This document shows, one piece after another, positions 47,497 to 61,953 of a stretch of DNA of 64,000 bases. The DNA is from Chlorokybus atmophyticus (Eukaryota > Plantae > Mesostigma and Chlorokybus algae), in assembly GCA_009103225.1 (NCBI GenBank), contig RHPI01002533.1, positions 523,368 through 587,367 of the forward strand. Reading direction: 5' to 3'. Each line of letters begins with the position of its first letter. The first letter of the stretch is position 1. The notes beneath the pieces were generated by a model. That model saw only the letters and a list, made by a program, of their open reading frames with translations. It was not told where the DNA came from and did not search any database. Both the position numbers and the translations under genes were made by a program.

Positions 47497-47595
47497 CGTC
47501 GCCGTCGACCCACAACGACTGTCGACATGGACAGAAACCACGCGCCAATGTCAAGACAAATGAGTTAATGAAAGCTGCTCGGGCCGCCTGGCTGC
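47497..47595 (-). repeat. Right arm of the diverged inverted repeat shared with 31915-31998
   Basis: See the left arm. Confidence 0.6.
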
Positions 47596-48133
47596 TCAGT
47601 CTGAGTGAGTCGCTGGGGTCGAAGACTTCGCCTCTAGGAGCGGAGAGATCGCCGCGAAACCCCACACCTAAAGGCACATGAGCTACAGGCACACGGCCAG
47701 GCACATATGCAGGGCGCCGCCTTCTAGCAATTCCTCCAGTCTCGCTGACCGTTAAATTAGTTACCTGTGGCGGGATGTACAAGATGTCGAAGGCACAGCA
47801 TGCGCAGTATGCAGCGATCTTTAGTCGGCGGGGCGGCGGCTGAGGCGGCGGGGCTGTCGTGGCACAGGTCGGTGGCACCCTCACGGAATAGGTAAGTGCC
47901 ACCTGTGGTATGGTTATGGACCATAGGAGAATATGCCTGTCTGTGCGACTACGCTACAATATCGCATCGCTATCAGTCAGTCTTCGACCTCCATGGCCTG
48001 CTGCCCAGCGTAGACGCACGGCGCATTGAGCGTTCGGGTACATAGGACTTTTTTCCACAGAGTGTTATAGAAGTCCTGCTGCGGGAAAGGTTGTTCACTT
48101 TCTGTTGCGTACTCAAGCGGCGGAGTTGGCACT

Positions 48134-48631
48134 ATGGAGGAAGCGCAGGAAGTCACCATGTCGGCAAGCATTCGAACTATGCCGGGCGTCGGTCCTAAAA
48201 CGGCGGCGATCCTGGAAGGTGCGGGGATATACCGCATCACGCAGCTCAAGAAGTTCAACGCTCAAGACAGAATGCTTCAAACCGCTATCGATTCGATGAA
48301 ACAGACAACCATCAGGTCGCAAGCTGACTGGAAGAGGTTGGCTACACGCTGCATCAACATAGTCAAGCGCGCACAAGGCGCTCAACCCATCGTGCCCCAA
48401 GAGTTCAGGTGTCCTATAACGCTCGATTGGTTCGAAGACCCTGTCATGACGATGTATGGGCACTCGTACTCGCGGAAGGCATTTGAGAAGAACCGGGCTC
48501 TGCGGAATTTGGATCCAAACACGAATTATGAGCTCGGCAACACGCAACCAATTGAAAACGTGGCCCTGAGAAAGGTTGTTGAGTATTACAGGGAGCAGCA
48601 TGAGCGCTGGCGCACTGAACATCCAGAGTAA
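48134..48631 (+). CDS. Intronless helix-hairpin-helix + U-box protein (165 aa, or 156 aa from MSASIR)
   Basis: IRTMPGVGPKTAAILEGAGIYRITQLK (HhH GxG motif); PQEFRCPITLDWFEDPVMTMYGHSYSRKAF...DPNT...ENVALRKVVEYY (U-box). The ORF is intact. Confidence 0.8.
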   Translation: MEEAQEVTMSASIRTMPGVGPKTAAILEGAGIYRITQLKKFNAQDRMLQTAIDSMKQTTIRSQADWKRLATRCINIVKRAQGAQPIVPQEFRCPITLDWFEDPVMTMYGHSYSRKAFEKNRALRNLDPNTNYELGNTQPIENVALRKVVEYYREQHERWRTEHPE

Positions 48632-48654
48632 CCTTGCACAAGTATGTGCAAGGT
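48631..48654 (+). terminator. Perfect 10-bp hairpin starting at the last base of the U-box stop codon
   Basis: ACCTTGCACA-AGTA-TGTGCAAGGT. Its function is inferred only. Confidence 0.3.
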
Positions 48655-49969
48655 CATCAACCCTGACAGTGGTGTCTGGTGATGCCTGTTACAACAAGGT
48701 TGTCATCACTGTGTCATTTTCACCATGGTGTGGTATGGTGGTTGTCACGCTGTAGGACATTGCTGTGCCACTCTGAAGGACACTCTATATCCTTGCGCAT
48801 GGCCAGCGTTCTGTGCAGTTGCTAGCTGTCTATCACTTGATTGCAGTCAGTCTTGTTGCATGCAACTTGCTGGTGCCTATGTGCAGGACATCTGAAGACA
48901 TTGTTGGCGGTGCGACTTGCTGAGCTCTGCAATGGAACAGTAGTGCATCACATGTAGTTCTGGCATGGGATTCAGTTTGTATATCATGTAACTCGATGTT
49001 TTGTACAATTGAGTGCTGCCTCCTGGTGTGACGTGGCTGCCTGTATTGCATCATGTGCATGTACTGCTTACTCTGCATTTGTCTCATCACCTTAGCAGGC
49101 AACAATGGTGTGTTGGCTTGTCATTTTGTCAGCAGGGCTACCTCAGCTGGCGAGCGGTCACTGTACCAGGACACTCAGTTCCGACCCAAGAATAAGCATA
49201 CACAAGTCTTCATTCAGCTAATATATTTATGGGTTACAAGTTATCAGACTATCGTAATGAGTGATGGGCTCTGTCTCACACACTAACATAACCAACACAT
49301 GCAAGAATCCACGAGCAGTCTGGTTGCCAGTGTATATAAGGGGTATGGTACGGTGGCAGCATGCATGTGGACAATGCGAATGGCATGCATCAGCACAAGC
49401 ATACACACGCTTTACACATCAAATTTAACCACCGGGCTAGTTCTATGGCTGTTTGCTACACTATACCAATGCTAGCCCGCCCCGTTAGACATACAAGCAT
49501 GCATTCAGTTATGTGTAGCGTGCAACACTGGCATGCACTAACTGCGCTGGATAAAGATCTTATTTGCAAGCAATGCAACAGCTATACAAACGATTCAACA
49601 ACAAACTCCACGCTCTGCTTGCAAAGAATGCGCCAAGTGCTATCATGTTGGGCCACCTTTCAGTCTAATTGCCATTTCAGGGATCTAGCATGAAGTACGG
49701 TAACAGGGTGCCCGCAGCAGACCTGTCTTTGCCCCGCCCCCAGCGCGGGCCCTATTTTGCAGCAGACTGCGCTTGAATTCATTCCATGAACCATTGCTAA
49801 CTGATACAATGCCAGTGGCGCATTGTTATCAACACTGGCAATGACGCTTGCTGGCGTTGTCATGCAGCTGCATGAGGCTCTGTCCACTGAAGGTGTCCCT
49901 TGTATGTGCCTTGTGTGCTACTTGTGCTAATGGCCCCGACTGCTATACCATATGCCAGCTAAGGGATGC

Positions 49970-52900
49970 TTACGGATCCAGCACCAGGCGATTGGCACCC
50001 TTCTGCATGTACGCAACCGTAAATCAGGCAAGGATGGTTCCATCCAGCAGCACCTCTTGCCGTCAAGTAACTTACCATCTCGTTCACTTCAAAGGTTCCA
50101 GGTGTGCCGGCATTACTAGGCATGCCCCACATGCTGCTATTGTTAATGTGACTGCGTTTGTCAACCTTTTCATCTTTATACAGCTGACACAGTGCCAGAG
50201 CTTCAGACAGCATGCTGCACGCAGGCTGTATGCAAAGTTGCACGCACTGCACTGAAGTCATACCTTCAACTTCAGGCTCATTATTCTTTGCAAGTCTCGC
50301 ATCATCTCCACTTGCCCAAGATTTGGTTTCTCAACCTCCTTCTCAAGAAACCGCAATTGTTAAACGGTGCAACTATACGTATGCAAATGTCTCAAACAGA
50401 GACAGACGGCAGCTTGATGCACACCTTCAAGGCGCGCTGCCGTTCTCGCAAGATCTTGGCGCGCTCTTCCTGCGCTGCAATCTTTGCCTCGTACTTTTCA
50501 CGCAAGCTTGCCGCCAGTGACATGCCCCTACCATCTCTTTGTTGCTTATCTTCAGTAACTGCACAAAAAAGTCACCCCTGTCAGCAACACAGGTGTACCA
50601 CTGATATAGTTGTCGCAGTTCGACAACACAAAGCTTGGCCACTTGCCTCTGCCGAGAGCAATGTCGATAATGGTGGTCTCAGCAGCAAGCTTGTGATAGC
50701 GGCTTTCTTCGTTTGCACACTCAGTCCGCAATGTGCCAACCTCCTGATCAAGCTTGCCGCGCTTTCTGCACACACAGCGCAGGAATGCGGTTGTTGAAGC
50801 ACAGACCTTATATTCCGAGTGCGAATGCTGAAAGATACCCAACTGTTTATGTGCGTTGTTTCACACAAATTGCTGTTGCTCACCCAATGTGCGCTCAGTG
50901 ACTCAGTCTGAATGAGTGTAAGGCTGATGTTTGACAGCGTGGATGCACCATCCTCAACCTTGCATTACACCCAGTTCTACTACTGTGCTTATCGCGGCTG
51001 CATGCTGACTAACCAGCAACACCGCTTACCCCTCAATGGCGCGTGCCTGCTCTTCATGTGCTTTCTTCTTCTCCTCATAGTCAGCTTCAAACTCCTGATG
51101 GCGCTGCCGTGCGCCGCGCAGCTCCTTCACCTGCGGCGCCAGCTGCGCCTTGCGCTCGCGTGTCTTGGCCGCCATGTCCTGCACATTTCAAACGTTCAGA
51201 AAAGACACTATGACTGTAAGGTACTGAAGCTATGCAAACAAGCATAGTCTCAACTTGCGACAATCACAGGGTAATTGTAAGTTTGCAAGTCCGCAACTGG
51301 TTCATTGCACTATTGTGTCTCTGTGTTTGTGAGTGAAACATATAAGTCACTGTGTGTATAAGTATGGTCGCAATACGTAAGCTTATGTGCGTTCTTGATT
51401 GCACACCCGTGCACATAACCTTCTGTACACTACCTGAGAGGTGCGGGCAAAGTCGTCAGCAGTGCGTATCTGGCTTGCGTCAATGGACTTGCCGCCAGGT
51501 CCCAACAGATCCAGCTGTTCAATGATACCCGCAAGCTGAGCCTGTTGAAGCAGAGCACTACTCTCAATCTCCTTGTGACGAGTACGAAGCACAGACGCCA
51601 ATATGATGTCAAGTGCATCTGACCGAAAAGCAATATGGATATACCTGCTGCTGTTGCAGCATGTGTTCTTTGTGTGCAAGCTCCCCGTACTGCCCGCGCA
51701 TACGGTCCAGCTCGGCCTTCATCTGGCGGTATGTTCCAGTCAACTCCTGCAGTGCTGCGCTGTTTTCGCCCTGACACACACGCACACACCAACTGAGTAA
51801 TCAATAACACAGCCAGAGTAACTATGCATGAGCACAACTGCAAGGGTGATACCAACGCGAGTGTTGAAAAGGCAAACCAGCTTGAAGTTGATGGAAACAT
51901 GCTACCATTAGTCTGAGAGATATGCATGTGACTGGCTTGATGCCACCTACCTGCCGATTGGATGCATGCAGAGCGCGAGCAGACCTTTCATCCACTTCCG
52001 TCCATAGCTGAGACATTGTCGGCATCAGCATTATGGCATGAAGAGTTACCAGCGCTCCGCTCATTGGCGCTGGTGTTGGTATCCTCACCTCTTCTTTGAG
52101 GCGAGAGACTTCTTCCAGGCGAGCAAAGGCGGCCTCCTTCTTGCGCGCGACCAGGGCAGCCATCTGCGCCTGTTGCCGCACAACCTCTGCCTTCCCGCCA
52201 TCATTATTACTGTTGCTGGTGCGGCGAACGTCCGTTAGGCTGTTGATTGCAGCATTCATTGCGTTCAGCTCAGCCTGCAGTCAGAGATATGCTGTGGGTT
52301 GTGGTGGCTTGCCATGATGACTTGCACGCACACATGCTCGCATAGCCATAGCCATAGCCATTGCCGTGATCATTTAGGGGGGTACCATTCCTTGACATGT
52401 ATGCAATGCAGACTTTCATGGTGACAAGATCAACAAATTGCGCGTTGAGTACTGGCATATATGCAGGAGCCAAGACTGCTATGGGTGACGGAGTTTGGCA
52501 ATGGCAATGTGTGTGTGGATGGTATTGTACGTGGTCTAGCAACTGCAGAGCACGTGAACCTGAAGCTGTGCGAGGTCGCTCTCTGAGGATACTGGATCGT
52601 CCATCACCTGCTGCAGGGCCTGCAACCTGGCCTCTTTCCTCTCCACCTCCTGCCAGCCATAGAGCAAGTACTTGTGTAAGTTAAGCACTCCAGCTCTCTG
52701 TTGTGTACATGCGCTCTGCCGGTCTTACTCTCGGGAGCTTGTCCAGAGCGGTGTAGCGCAGCAGGTCAGTGTCATGTGCGAGGCGGGTAAGGAGGGCGCT
52801 GGCATTGCCGGATGAAGACGAGTCCGCGCGAGCCTCACGTAGCCGCGCCGCCGCCCTGTGATTTGCAACCTCCGCACGCTGCAATGCTGCCGACTGCGCC

Positions 52901-54894
52901 GCATGCTGCTCGCGCAGCTGCACTTCCGCCTCCTGTTGATGACAACAATGTCTGTGTGTGCATCCTGTTCGGAAGCTGACTACAGGACAACAACAATATC
53001 TGTGATGACTGGTGAACATTGTTGCCAAGTAAGCACCTGCTCTTTCCTGAGCTGCACAGCCACTTCTTGAGCTTTGTCCAAGTTTGGCGCATCAGCGGCC
53101 TGCAGCTTTGCTCTTGTCTTTGCTATCCGCTCTGTGAGCTTCTCCCTTTCCTCTTCAAGTAGTGAGATTTGTTTCTGCACCATGTTCACAAGTTGGTTGT
53201 GGTTCTTGGTGCACACAAGGGAGGCACAAGTGCCAACACTAATAGAAAGCGAAGAAAGCACACGTTGCCAGAGGCACCTTGATTTCGGCCGGGTCGCGAG
53301 ACGTCTTGCGGACGGTTTCAAAGTTATTGTACGCCTCTTTGAACTGCTCTTGCAGCATCGCAATGGCTTCTCGAGCGTCCGCTATCTCCTGTTGATGAAA
53401 ATGCCGTCAGTGTAAGTTGTCATCATGGCTGCCAATGTGAGGCGCTCATGCAAACCTGGCTCTCATACACCAAAACTTTACCGGGTCCATGCACAGCTCT
53501 GGGGGTATCTCCACGTCCACAAGGAACCGTCCCATGTACGCTCGCTTCTCAAGATCTGGCAGCTGTTCGATATGCATCATTGTCAGTTTCTACATGCATG
53601 CAAATCAACCATGCTGACAGTACAGCAGTAGGTGAGAAATACAATGGCGTGTGTGACCTGTGGGAGCGCCCATGACAGAATTTGGTAGATGGTGTCCTGT
53701 TGACCTTCTGCCAGAGCCTGCCTGAACAGTGCACTGCAGACGCACAGCCAGTTAGCAAAGCAAGTCACCACTGGAGCTGCAGTCAGACATACGCAACTGC
53801 ATGAAGTCAGGTGTTGTCTGGGGAGCGCATGGATAGTATGTGTGCAATGTTTATGTTTACACCAAAGAGTCTGCAAAACTAGCACTGCACATGCACGCAA
53901 TTGCATGTCCGCAATTGCATGTCCGCAAATGATGCTACGCAAAGAGTTCATGTTCGTGGTCGCATACAGCAAGCGACGCACCCGTCCATGTGCGGTGGCT
54001 GGTACTCGAGCATGTGAAGAAACTCGTGCATGCGGGCAGCAGTCTGCTCCGGCACCTCATCGCGCAAGTCCACTTTCTGCAAGGCAACCAAATTGGGATG
54101 CCCCATGCTTTCATGCTGGCGCAAAATCGCATGGCACAGGCGCATCATCCATTGTGTCAGCAGCGCACTGTTACCTGTACTTGGCTGATGGTGGCGAACA
54201 CGTCGTTCAACAACTGCTTGAGCTCCTCCGGGGTCTTGTTGCTGGCATTGATTGCGTTGTGGGTACATATGCCACTCAACACTGATAAATGCAGACGCGC
54301 ATGTTGTCTAGAAGTACTCAGTTGTGCGTATGTATGTGAATATGATTACGCTGCACACGGAAACAGCTGCTTGCACACCAACACACAGAGTATCAGCTGT
54401 GCACACAGTGCGCACGCTCTTATGCAAAGCGTCACACTAGTGTATGCATCGCTGTGGAACTCAGATTGTCAATGTAAAGGGCAGCAGGTTGCCGACCAAG
54501 CATATAAGGTGTTCACAGCAATTGCAGCTGCCAAGCAATATAACTGTAAGCATGGTCATTGTTAATGTCGAATACCCATTGCACTATACAGGATCATGGC
54601 AAACAAGGCCGCAGCTTGCATTCACACAAACTGGCGCACACACATCTTGCACATACGCACACTCAAAGCTGGTGTTCTTTATAATTTGACTGAAAGGTAT
54701 GTGATGTGCACTGCTTCCGACGTTGATCAAGCACGATAGTGCTTGGTCAATCATTCACGCAACGCTCAATTTGGCATCAACAGTCTCACCACAAGATCCA
54801 TGTTTGCAAATAGCTACCTGAACGTCACAAGAGTGAAATCCAAGCTGAACGGCGGTGCATTTAGCCTCTCCACTATGCCCTGGATTTCCGCCAT
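49970..54894 (-). CDS. IFT81: Intraflagellar transport protein 81 (IFT-B), multi-exon
   Basis: MAEIQGIVERLNAPPFSLDFTLVTF; KVDLRDEVPEQTAARM.EFL; LFRQAL..G....IYQILSW; LEKRAYMGRFL; ISLLEEEREKL; C-terminal GANRLVLDP*. Confidence 0.88.
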
Positions 54895-55383
54895 TTGGTC
54901 TGCTCCCGCTCAATGCTGGGCGTCACCCAAGACGCTGCCAATCCGTTCAACTGAGCGTATTTTCGCACAAACGCCGTCAACTCGAACGGGTACGCAAAAC
55001 GCTGACCATAACGACTACAGGCAACATCATCCTGCTATTATCAGCTCCTCCAGCTTGGCTCACTCTGCGTTCAGCCTGGCCAACTGGTAGCAGACTAATG
55101 CACACGCTCGCTGGCCTCACAGTAGCAACCCCCAAGTAAAGTACTGTTGCCGACAGCTCGAGGGTTTTGAAGCCGAACGCTGGAGTGTGTCTGTCTGCCT
55201 CTTACAGCTCTTCTTGCTTGCGCGCAAGGCTTGCGCTGCAAGCACTGCGCTGCCAGGCTCAAGGCCTTTGCTGCAAGCTTTGAGCAGCAAGCAGTGCAGA
55301 CAACTGTTGCTGCTTCAGCGTCACGTGTTGTCTGCGTCACACCTGTTTGTCCGACACATCACGGGTTTGGTGTATGGATGTTG

Positions 55384-55432
55384 GGCGTGACGCTCAGCGT
55401 ACGGCGTGACGCTCAGCCATTCTGGCGGGAAA
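55384..55432. promoter_or_regulatory. 15-nt direct repeat plus an E2F-like site in the IFT81/RAD17 divergent intergenic region
   Basis: GGCGTGACGCTCAGC at 55384-55398 and 55403-55417; GGCGGGAAA (reverse of TTTCCCGCC) at 55424-55432. Confidence 0.35.
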
Positions 55433-55773
55433 GCCACAGCGGCGGTGGCGGCGACGGCGGTGACGGAGAACGTGGCGGATGTAGCGAAACGAGGTGTTGG
55501 TGCGCGTGTGGGTGAGGAAGCGGTATAGGGGAGTGCAGGAGAACTGACTTTGACGAAGCAGATTGGAGTCATAGCGTCTTGGCGTCGGCGCAGGGCTGCG
55601 AGCACGATGTCCTAGCCAGCAGGGCGTTGATCGTCTGTCCTGGCCCTGCCTCGCCTTGCCTTGCATGGCCATGTCAAGTTATGTTGTGTAGCTTTAACAA
55701 TCGGCTGACCGCGAGGCGGTGCCATGTGGTAATGGTGGTCAGATGACCCTGGGACGTGGGGCTTCGGGCAGTC

Positions 55774-58700
55774 ATGCCGCGAAAGAAAAGGGTTGTGGAG
55801 GAGTTGTCCGATGATGAGGAAGAGCGGGAGGCGGATGTATTGTTGATTGAAGCTGCGGCTGCCACGGCTGCTGCAGGACGCCGTCGCCGTGGAGCAGCTG
55901 ACCATGCAGTATCGCAGCGTACATCTGCTCGCAACGGTGGAGCACCACTGCAGGTTTGCATGCCTGGCTGTTGTGGCACATGAGAACGCAATGTGTTAGA
56001 TAACTACGGACAACGCATGCAGCTTGCCACTGCAGCTGTAACTGCCTGCACTGTGCGAGTCAGCGTGCTTGGATCACACAGTGTGATGCCAGCACCCAAC
56101 ATTGCTTGGCTTACAGGTAGCTTGTTGAATCAGCTAGTGCAATTCATAAAACACCAAGTGAATTTGGTCGAGGGGTGGCACACGTTGAGTGGCAGTCTGT
56201 TGACATGCAACTCGTACGTATTCACTGTCGCAATGTGCGTGTTGGATCAGTGTGGGCGCATTGGCTTGCGTTGTGGACCTTACACCCGTCTTTGGCACTG
56301 CAGCTGCAGAATGTGGCCTGCTCGCCTTCTGCGTCGCAAGAAATGTCGTCACAAAGTGCGTACTTTGCAGCTGCCTTGTGCAAGTTTGTACAAACCAATG
56401 AGGCCTATGCAACATATCCTTGTTCTAACACTCACAGACCAGCGGGAGCAGCAAAGAAAGCTGCGCTTCTGCCTATTGCCTTTGGCCAAGGGGTGCAGCC
56501 AAGACAACGAAGTCAGCGAGTTGCATTCACCCTCAGGTAGTTGTTCGTGGTGCAAAGATCCTGCATATCTGAGTGTCAACAACAAGACTCTCTGCTTACA
56601 GGCGCACGACCAGCAGAGGCATGGACGGGAATATTTGCTCCAAAATCTGAGAATGAGCTGGCTGTGCAGAAGAAGAAGGTGAGAGACGATGTGTTTATGT
56701 GCAAATACTTTGCAATTCTGTAAGGTTTGTTTGTTGGCGCAATAGTTCTTGATTCGCACGCTTTGCAGGTGCAAGAAGTGCGTGACTGGCTTGAGACCCA
56801 GCACTCGAGCAGGCGCCAGGTAACTTCAAAGTGTACGCTGCAGATGCGTTGGTACCATGCAGTAGGTTGGTGCGTTACGGACCTTTTCACACAGCAAATT
56901 GGTGTTGCAGGGAGGGGTGCTGCTTCTAAGTGGACCCGTAGGAGCAGGCAAATCGGTATGCATGCTTGGATGCTATGGCATTTGGAAGTGTGATCTGCTG
57001 TTGTTGACACTGACAGTAGTGCAGGCTGTAGTGCGCGTCCTCGCACGCCACTTGGGTTTTGACATCTGCGAGTGGAACACTCCAGTTCCGATGTTGTGGA
57101 GTGACTACATTCACAATTCTACCCCTGGTATGGCGTTCTTGCACCACATCGTCCCAGAAGTTGCACATGCTGTTGGTTTGTGCCACCAGGTTGCTCACTA
57201 CTTCCATGCCTTGTCGGCAGGAGTTAGCTATGCTTCCAAGCTGGACGAGTTTGCAGAATTCCTTGGACATGTTTCCAAATTCCCAACCTTGAAGCTTGCG
57301 ACAACATCGTTGGTGGATACTGCTGTCAGCTCACCGGCAAACTCAACACCAGTCACCCCTGACACCGCCCAGCCTATAAAAAAGCTTGTTCTCATCGATG
57401 ATCTGCCTTATGCAAATGACAGCACAGCAGCGCGTAAACTTTTCAGCATGCTTCGCGGGTTGGCTCTGGCTGCTAGCTTCCCAACAATAGTGATAATGTC
57501 CGATGACAGCGTGAGCAGCAGTGGCACAAGCAGAGAAACGTTCCAGCGCACAATGGCACGCGACTGTCAAGCCGCACTGCTTGCTGGGGGTGCTACAAAG
57601 GTTGGTCATGCTCGTCCTTCAAGAATGCTGCACATCCAGCTTTGCAACTGTGCTGCAGCTGATTGCGTGTTTGTGACAGATAGCTTTTAACCCTATGACA
57701 ACAGCAGCTGTTGCAAAGGCAATCAAGCGCATCGCTGTGCACACGGACTTGCAGTTACCAGATGAAGCATTGGAGCAGCTGGCTGAGTCGAGTGGAGGTG
57801 ACCTGCGTCATGCTATCGCTACCCTGCAATTCAGTTACTCGACTTCCACACCAGTTACGAGTACAAGAGGCAGCTCGAGGGCTCTGCCAAGGAAGCGAAG
57901 GAGGAAACAGGAGCGTTGGTCTGATGGCTTTGACAAGGCCAACAGGAAACACGACTTCATAGCTGCTGGTCGGGATGACGTGTTGTCGACATTCCATGCA
58001 GTTGGCAAGCTTTTATACAATAAGCGCCTTGATGAGCATGGGGCTGTTGTCCGCAGTGGTAAGTGCACTGGCTGCTCCTTTTGTGGTTTGATGGGATCCT
58101 ACTGCGTGCGTTGCCATAGTTGGTATTGAATTCTGTTGTCATGCAGCCCTTGTGCCTGAGGCCTGTTCGCAAGCATCCCAAGAGTCTCCCAATGCTGTGT
58201 CTCCCCAATACGTGAGAAGGCGGCTGGAGATGAGACAAGAACCTGAGGCAGTGTTGGCTGAAGCCCATCTGGATGGAAGCTCTGCTACTGCGTTCCTTCA
58301 TGAGAACAGTAAGTGTCAAACCAGCAGTTTGCTCCATGGTGCTCCAAACAATTGCCTGTGCTTGGCAGCTGGGTGGTACAATGCTGATAGGAAGCAAAAT
58401 GATTAGGTCACTGCTGTGATGATAGGCTTTCAGCAGCATGTATCGCTGACTGGTCTTGAGTCGTGCCTCACTATGGGCTTCCGCGCAGTGTTGCACTTTT
58501 TCCATGATGATGCCATGGAGGAAGCAGCAGACGCGCTGAGTTGTATCAGTGATGCGGACATGCTGTTGAGGGCACCCCGACGTGCCATTGGACGCATTGA
58601 CCTTCGCGACCTGGAGCCAGGTCAGGTGGCTGCAGCAGCTGCAGCCTCAGTAGCATCACGGGGGCTGCTGTTTCATAATACCCGACCTTCTGAGTCACGC

Positions 58701-59224
58701 TGGTTGCCCATACGTGGACCCATGTCCGCTGGCATGGAGGTTGCCACACGCAGAAATATGGTAGGACCATTGCAATGTTGCACGAAGCATGAAGTAGTAC
58801 AATGTGTCACTTTGCCGCTGCGCTGTTTGTGATGCAGGTCACACGAGTAGACAACTAACTTGATGCCATCTGTGCCCAGGATGAGTTACGAGAGGCCTTT
58901 GCAGCCATGGTGCACTGCGGAGCAAGCTCACACTGCGCCACAGAACCTTTTGTTCTGGAGCTTTTGCCATTGCTGCGCAGATATCATCGAGCAAGCCTAG
59001 GCTTCCATCACACCCCTGTACATATACCTGTGCCACTCTGGCGGACTGTGCGCAATCGTCCTGGTGTGCATGACGGCGCAAGTGATGATGGCGGTGACAT
59101 AGGCGCACTCAACGAGAGTCCTGGCACAATTGCAGGCAGCATGAAGCTGGGACACCTAAGTCAGTTGCTGCAGGACTCGACACTGACTGATGTGATTGAG
59201 GATGATATTGAAGATGCTGGATAG
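55774..59224 (+). CDS. RAD17: Cell-cycle checkpoint clamp loader RAD17 (Rad24), multi-exon
   Basis: WTGIFAPKSENELAVQKKKVQEVRDWL; Walker A LLSGPVGAGKS; ICEWNTP; KKLVLIDDLP; SSGGDLRHAIATLQF; GRDD.LS.FHAVGKLLYNKR; acidic terminus DVIEDDIEDAG*. Confidence 0.9.
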
Positions 59225-59589
59225 CATTGGCAGTCTGCTTGCGTGCGTGCATGCGCTTGTGCACACGCACCCTGTTAATATTGTTTGTGTTCGCGCATGC
59301 AGCTTCTGCGTAGTCTGATACGAAGGCAGTGTTTGTGGTGACATGCAGGTCGAGTACAATGCAGCGCAGCTCCTAGCGCAGCTTGCTCAACCTGGCATTT
59401 GCTTGCAGCCAGTCTCTTTGCCAACAGACACTGATAGGCAGAGCAGTGTGGCTTGCAATGCTGCAGGGGTGATGGCTGTTTTAAGTTCTTGTCGCCTCTA
59501 AGTGACCTGCGTGCGATTACTTGCATGAGCTGGTGCAGAGTGCTTGGATGCAGACACCGCATGTTGCACGTCAATGGCAGCACGCGCAG

Positions 59590-59750
59590 TGTGCGTGTCT
59601 TGTTATAAGCACTGGCCGCCACCCGTCCTGTCTATGTCTATAAGCCAGATCACCACACAGACTAGCTGTGTGCGTGTCTTGACATAAGCACTGGCCGCCA
59701 CCCGTCCTGTCTATGTCTATAAGCTAGATCACCACATAGACTAGCTGTGT
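59590..59750. repeat. 79-bp tandem duplication (2 copies)
   Basis: Units start at 59591 and 59670 and differ at about 4 positions. Confidence 0.9.
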
Positions 59751-60368
59751 AGGACACGTTGTTTGTCAAGTACTTGATGGCTAGAAGGGCCTCCCGTCGT
59801 ACACACTGAGAGGAGATGATGGCATTTGCGTTCCAGGCCAGAGCGATCCAGGAAAGAGCTAAAGGTACGTACATGTAGGCATGAAGCCCCGGTCACGTAC
59901 ACTGCTGCCTGCTGGATTGCAATAGCAGAGTCTGTCTCTGTCTCTCAGACACACACAAGAAAAAGAAGAAAAAATGCGCTTGTCTTTGCTGTCCAAGCAT
60001 CTGACATGCCTGACAACGTACGCCATGGCAGTTTAGCAACGTGTAGCTGCTCCTGCATTGATGTGCCTCAAGGGCTGTGACAACGGTTGTCACCGCGGAT
60101 CACAAGTTTGAGGGCTCTCATCGCCCGGCGCTACCAGTGAGCGCAAGCATATGGTGCATACAACAGCAGAACTTGTCGTCAAGGCTTGGGGACTTTGTGC
60201 CTCACCAGCAGAAAGCGTCTTGTGTCTCTGTTGCTGGCCTTCTCCAATATCTCATCCCTGCAGGTCGCCCTCTTGCATTGCTCCATTGTAGTTGTTGGTC
60301 ACCACCCAGCTAAGGGACGCCACCAAGCAAGCAAGGAACCAAGCTGGAAAGCAGCCAGCTCTCTAGCA

Positions 60369-61953
<1,585 letters not shown>

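Noticed and set aside
39354-48631. Bacterial contamination or a large giant-virus endogenisation as the explanation for the MTase and U-box genes
   Set aside because: The genes are interleaved with spliceosomal-intron-like sequence and eukaryotic TEs, and no NCLDV core gene (capsid, PolB, A32, D5) is visible. Viral origin of the individual genes remains open.
48631-48670. Helitron 3' end at the hairpin after the U-box gene
   Set aside because: There is no CTRR terminus at the expected distance and no Rep/helicase ORF in the window.
39288-49440. TAGCCC (39288) and GGGCTA (49434) as Academ termini
   Set aside because: The match is only 6 bp, does not extend inward, and no TSD is evident.
9321-59224. 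Non-standard code with TAA/TAG = Gln (as in some ulvophytes), suggested by TAR at Gln positions in the TEs
   Set aside because: Host genes end with TAR exactly at conserved termini (SDR ..SRL-TAG, RPB4 ..KKFE-TAA, RPL38 ..VQDI-TAA, IFT81 -TAA, RAD17 -TAG), and long host exons have no in-frame TAR. The TEs also carry frameshifts.
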